Shown here piece after piece: positions 59,925 to 64,000 of a stretch of 64,000 nucleotides of DNA. Source of the DNA: an uncultured delta proteobacterium. GTDB lineage: Bacteria; Desulfobacterota; WTBG01. Position 1 is the first letter of the stretch. Each line of letters opens with the position of its first letter. The translations under genes were made by a program, and so were the position numbers. The stretch lies in contig CAWCBP010000006.1 of NCBI GenBank assembly GCA_963793865.1, positions 128,001 to 192,000 on the forward strand, written 5' to 3'. A model generated the notes under the pieces. That model was given only the letters and a program-made list of their open reading frames with translations. It was not told the DNA's origin and made no database searches.

Positions 59925-61087
59925 TCAGAGGGCCTTTATTCTCTTCACCGCTTCCGCAATCAGCGACTTGTCGACGGTCAGGGCCATGCGGATGTAGCCC
60001 TCGCCCGCGGCGCCGAAACCGTTGCCGGGCGTGGTAACGATCCCGGCCCGGGTGAGCAGGTGGGCGGTGAATGATTCCGAGCTGAAGCCGGGCGGAACGG
60101 TTATCCAGAGGTAAAAGGTGGCCCTGGGGACGGCCACATCGAGGCCTGCTTCCTTCAATCCGGCGGTGAGCAGATCCCGCCGCTCCTGATAAATATCTCG
60201 TAAGGCATCAAGGTAGGTCTGGTCCCCGGAGAGGGCGGTTATTCCCGCCTCCTGAATGGCCTGGGATACGCCGGAATCGATGTTGGTCTTGACCTGCCCC
60301 AGCGCGGCAACGATCTCCGCGTTGCCGACCACAAAGGCGATGCGCCAGCCGGTCATGTTGTAGGTTTTGGAAAGGGAGTGAAACTCGACGGCCACCTCCT
60401 TCGCCCCGGGGATCTCCAGTATGCTGGGGGGACGGTAGCCGTCAAAGCAGAGTTCCGTGTAGGCGGCATCATGGCACAGGATGATCCCGTGCCGGCGCGC
60501 AAAGTCAACCGCCTCTTCGTAAAAGGAGCGGTCGGCCACGGCGGCGGTGGGATTGTTGGGATAGTTGAGGTACATGAGCTTTGTCAGCCGCAGCACCTCC
60601 GCGGGTATGGCGGAGAAATCGGGCAGGAAATTGTTTTGTTTGAGCAGGGGCATGAAGTGCGGCTGCCCGCCGGCGAAAAGGGTGGCGGTGTTGTAGACCG
60701 GATAACCGGGATCGGGCACGAGCACGATGTCGCCCGGATTGATGAACGCCAGGGGGATGTGGGCGATGCCCTCCTTGGATCCGATCAGGGCAATGACTTC
60801 CGTGGCGGGATCGAGGCTTACCCCGAATCGCTGCCGGTACCAGCGTGCCGCTGCCTCCCGGAATTCGGGCATGCCGCTGTAACCGGATAGCGGTGGTTTT
60901 TGGGATCGAGGGCCGCCTGCTGCAGGGCGGCAATGATGTGGCCGGGGGTGGGCAGATCGGGATCGCCGATCCCCAGGTCTATAAGGCTTGTACCCTTCTT
61001 CAGCATCTCTGATTTCATCACGTCGATCTTGGCAAAAAGATAGGGCGGCAGGTTTTTGATGCGATCCGCTTTTGCAATCCTGATCAT
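59925..61087 (-). CDS. dapL: LL-diaminopimelate aminotransferase-like; one frameshift near 60884
   Basis: N-part LPPYLFA..IDLGIGDPD..NHRYP joins MPEFREA..GSKEG..NYPNNPT..SLSKTYNMTGWR; next to dapB. Confidence 0.85.
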
Positions 61088-61105
61088 GTGGGTACAGTTC
61101 CTTTC

Positions 61106-61939
61106 CTACGCGTCGCCCGGTTCACCCGGCGCTGATGATGAAAGTCCTAAAACGTCAAGCATGTCGTACAGGCCGGGCGGCTGTCCGGCTACCCAGGCGG
61201 CGGCCCGCACGGCGCCGGCGGCGAAGGTGTCCCGGCTGTGCGCGCGGTGGGTGATTTCCAGCCGCTCGCCCTCCCCGGCGAAGAGCACGGTGTGATCTCC
61301 CACGATGTCACCGGCCCTGACAACCTGGATGCCGATCTCATCACGGCGCCGGGCCCCGATGAGCCCCTTTCGCCCGTGCACGGCAACCGACTCCAGGTCC
61401 CGGTTCATCGCATCCGCCAGGATGTGGGCCATTTTGACGGCGGTGCCGCTGGGCGCGTCCTTTTTCAGGCGGTGGTGTGATTCGATGATCTCCATGTCAT
61501 ACCGGTCCTGCAGCAGCCGCGCGACCCGCTCTATGAGGGTGAACATGATGTTGACGCCGACGCTCATGTTGGGGGAACAGACACAGGGAACAACCCGGGC
61601 CAGTTCCCTGATGCGGTCGCTCTGCGCCGGTGAAAATCCGGTTGTCCCGATCACCGCCGCGGTGCGCCTGGAAGCGGCCCACTCCATGTGCGCAAGCGAC
61701 GATTCGGGGGCGGTGAAGTCGATAATCACATCAGGCTGAGGAGTAATCAGTGCCAGGCTGTCCACTACCGTGACGGGAGACTTCCCCGCCCCGGGCATCT
61801 CTGCCGCATCTGAACCGATCCCGGGGTGGCCCTGCTGCTCGGTGGCCCCGGCCAGCTCCATGCCTTCCGCCCGGCTTACGGCCCGAATGACGGCCATTCC
61901 CATCCTGCCGCACGCGCCGGTAACCGCACACCTGATCAT
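61106..61939 (-). CDS. dapB: 4-hydroxy-tetrahydrodipicolinate reductase
   Basis: GACGRMG, IDFT, GTTG, ESHHRLKKDAPSGTA. Confidence 0.96.
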   Translation of the reverse strand: MIRCAVTGACGRMGMAVIRAVSRAEGMELAGATEQQGHPGIGSDAAEMPGAGKSPVTVVDSLALITPQPDVIIDFTAPESSLAHMEWAASRRTAAVIGTTGFSPAQSDRIRELARVVPCVCSPNMSVGVNIMFTLIERVARLLQDRYDMEIIESHHRLKKDAPSGTAVKMAHILADAMNRDLESVAVHGRKGLIGARRRDEIGIQVVRAGDIVGDHTVLFAGEGERLEITHRAHSRDTFAAGAVRAAAWVAGQPPGLYDMLDVLGLSSSAPGEPGDA

Positions 61940-62162
61940 GACACCTCCGTTCCCTGCATTTCGCCTTTCAAGGATACGGATACTTACTATAAATCGGCTT
62001 TAAAATAAAGCCCTTTTTTCCTGAAGCGGAAAGGTTTTTGTCCGATATGCATTATGCGCTTGATTTTTCCGGGAAAAGAAATTATTGACAGTGCTGCATG
62101 ACGGCAGGTTTGTTTTCAAACGCGATCCTTTGCAATGCAAGATGCGGGGAAAAGAGAGGCGG

Positions 62163-62612
62163 ATGCGGGCGGTCATCCAGCGGGTGAAAGAGGCGCGGGT
62201 TGAGGTGAGCGGCAGGACGGTGGGGGCCATCGGCCGGGGCCTGCTGGTGCTTCTGGGCATAGAGCGCTCGGACAGCGAGGGGGATGCCGACTATCTGGTT
62301 TCCAAGATCGTTCATCTGCGCGTCTTTGAAGACGGTGATCAGAAATTCAACCTCTCCCTCAAGGATGTCGGGGGAGCGGTGCTGGTGGTTTCCCAGTTTA
62401 CCCTTCTGGGGGACTGCCGCAAGGGGCGCAGGCCGTCCTTTGACGCCGCCGCCCCTCCCGATAAAGCGCGCGGGCTTTATGAGTATTTCATCGCCTCGAT
62501 TGTCCGTAACGGCCTCGCCGCGGCCTCCGGTGAATTCCAGGCCTCCATGCAGGTCTGCCTGGTCAATGACGGCCCGGTGACCGTGCTGCTTGACAGCAAA
62601 AAGGCATTTTGA
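62163..62612 (+). CDS. dtd: D-aminoacyl-tRNA deacylase
   Basis: [19 protein letters not shown]. Confidence 0.96.
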   Translation: MRAVIQRVKEARVEVSGRTVGAIGRGLLVLLGIERSDSEGDADYLVSKIVHLRVFEDGDQKFNLSLKDVGGAVLVVSQFTLLGDCRKGRRPSFDAAAPPDKARGLYEYFIASIVRNGLAAASGEFQASMQVCLVNDGPVTVLLDSKKAF

Positions 62613-62638
62613 CCGTTCGGTGCACAGATCGTACGTTT

Positions 62639-62709
62639 CTAGCAGGTTGTTGAAAAACACCCATCTGATTTGAGGCTCAAAAGGGGAAGGGGCTTTTGAC
62701 GCCACAACA
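62639..62709. repeat. Partial MITE-like copy
   Basis: CTAGCAGGTTGTTGAAAAACACCCATCTGA..GGCTCAA..GGGGCTTTTGACGCCACAACA. Confidence 0.8.
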
Positions 62710-62861
62710 AAATTATTCAGAGCCTGAAGAACGACAGCAACTCTCTAACTTTGTCCGACAGACCCGGATCATTTACAAAAAGCGGACGCTGTGATATGTA
62801 GAAGCACCATGCGTGATTCCTGGTGTTACTCCTGTTCAGGGTGGCGCACTCTCACGATGCC

Positions 62862-63368
62862 ATGTACACAATGAAGCTTGTCAAGGAAGTCATCTGGATA
62901 CTCAGCATATCCTGCATCTGCGGGCTGGTCTTCAACGCCTTTTCGCCCAACGGCATCAACGTGCTCGATAATCCCTGGTCGCGAAAGGTTGCGGCAGGCG
63001 GCAGCGAGGCGGAGGATCCCATTGTTTTCGTGGGTATCGAACGCGTCTGTCAGTTTATCGAAAACCGGGAGGGAATCGTTCTGGACGCTAGAAACCCCAG
63101 GGAGTACGCGGAGGCGCACATTCCCGGAGCCCAGCTCCTGTTTTTCTACGGCATGAATGAATACTATCCCGCCCTGGAAGAGAAACTCCGCGCTGCGCCG
63201 GCCTTTTTGACCTATTGCAGCGACATTCACTGTGAGGACAGCGAGTTTCTGGCCAATGAACTGCTCAACTTGAACCACATGCCGGTGTACGTCTATAAGG
63301 GCGGCATGGCTGACTGGATAAGCAACCAGATGCCCGTGGCCAGGGGTATGGAGGAACAGGCGCCGTGA
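62862..63368 (+). CDS. Membrane-anchored rhodanese-like protein (start approximate)
   Basis: TM, LDAR...Y...HIPGA, YCSDIHC, YKGGMADW. Confidence 0.85.
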   Translation: MYTMKLVKEVIWILSISCICGLVFNAFSPNGINVLDNPWSRKVAAGGSEAEDPIVFVGIERVCQFIENREGIVLDARNPREYAEAHIPGAQLLFFYGMNEYYPALEEKLRAAPAFLTYCSDIHCEDSEFLANELLNLNHMPVYVYKGGMADWISNQMPVARGMEEQAP

Positions 63369-63826
63369 TCAAAAGGCTGCTTTTTCATCCTGCCGTCGTC
63401 TGGTGCGTCCGGCTCATCGTGGCCGCGGTGCTGATCTATGCGGCGCTGCAGAAAATCTGGACACCGCTGGAGTTTGCACGGCTGGTGCGGGAGTACCATC
63501 TGGTTCCGGAGCAGCTGCTCAACCTGATGGCGGTTACCCTGCCCTGGCTGGAGCTGGTCTGCGGATGCTGCCTGGTGACCGGCCTCGGGCTGTTGGGAAC
63601 GTCGCTTTTGCTCAGCGTGCTGAACAGCGTTTTTGTGGTTGCCATTCTCTACCGTGCCTGGATGATCATGCAGGCGACCGGCGTGAATTTTTTCGACCTC
63701 TCCTTTGATTGCGGATGCGGCTTCGGGGTGGTCTACATACCCACCAAGATCCTGGAAAATTGTTTGCTGGTTGCCGCCGGCCTGCTCATACTTTTCTCGA
63801 AGCTGCGGCCGAGGGCTGCTGCGTAA
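63365..63826 (+). CDS. MauE/DoxX family redox membrane protein
   Basis: LIYAALQK..P..F, LPWLEL, DCGCGFG. Confidence 0.85.
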   Translation: MIKRLLFHPAVVWCVRLIVAAVLIYAALQKIWTPLEFARLVREYHLVPEQLLNLMAVTLPWLELVCGCCLVTGLGLLGTSLLLSVLNSVFVVAILYRAWMIMQATGVNFFDLSFDCGCGFGVVYIPTKILENCLLVAAGLLILFSKLRPRAAA

Positions 63827-64000
63827 ATGAGCATGCCGGCAGCACGACCTGTCCCCCCGACTCTCCTTCTTGTCCCCACTGATGCGAGGCCTCTGTTGAG
63901 AGTAACCGGGCCTTGACATCTGCACCGTATATGTTAAAAATTAGGCAGTTCGATAACGCGGATATCATCGACCCGCTTGTGCGGGCGGCCGCCCGGTCGC

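Noticed and set aside
62082..62705. Minus-strand ORF starting MASKAPSPFEPQIRWVFFNNLL
   Set aside because: The N-terminus is translated MITE sequence and the rest is antisense to dtd.

Overview
Bacterial chromosome segment; gene order (yceD-rpmF-fab-rpiB-nrdR-rib-nusB, tol-pal, dapL) suggests an anaerobic Deltaproteobacteria/Desulfobacterota-like organism (inference). Three parts. (1) 1-17 kb: a co-oriented accessory redox region with two secreted CxxCH + FMN split-barrel paralogs, a geranylgeranyl-reductase-like enzyme, FAD/CCG oxidoreductases, an NYC1/NOL-like SDR, MarR, a large FG-GAP/TSP3 surface protein, a tandem RCCR/bilin-reductase-like + HemF-like pair, a flavodoxin-ferredoxin and FadL; possibly tetrapyrrole conversion. 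(2) 17-29.6 kb: an AT-rich cassette (small HTH, extra FabF, extended SDR, ICMT-methyltransferase fusion, 7TM sensor domain) joined inside the kinase gene to a GC-rich signalling backbone (GAF-kinase, pseudo-REC/AAA+/HisKA protein, sigma54 regulator, sigma54 promoter, hybrid kinase). This resembles a signal-synthase plus receptor module and is the best candidate for an undescribed system. (3) 29.7-64 kb: housekeeping genes. REP-like and MITE-like intergenic repeats occur. Several single-base frameshifts look like assembly errors. No rRNA, tRNA or CRISPR array was recognised. Family assignments come from motif recognition by eye, not database searches.
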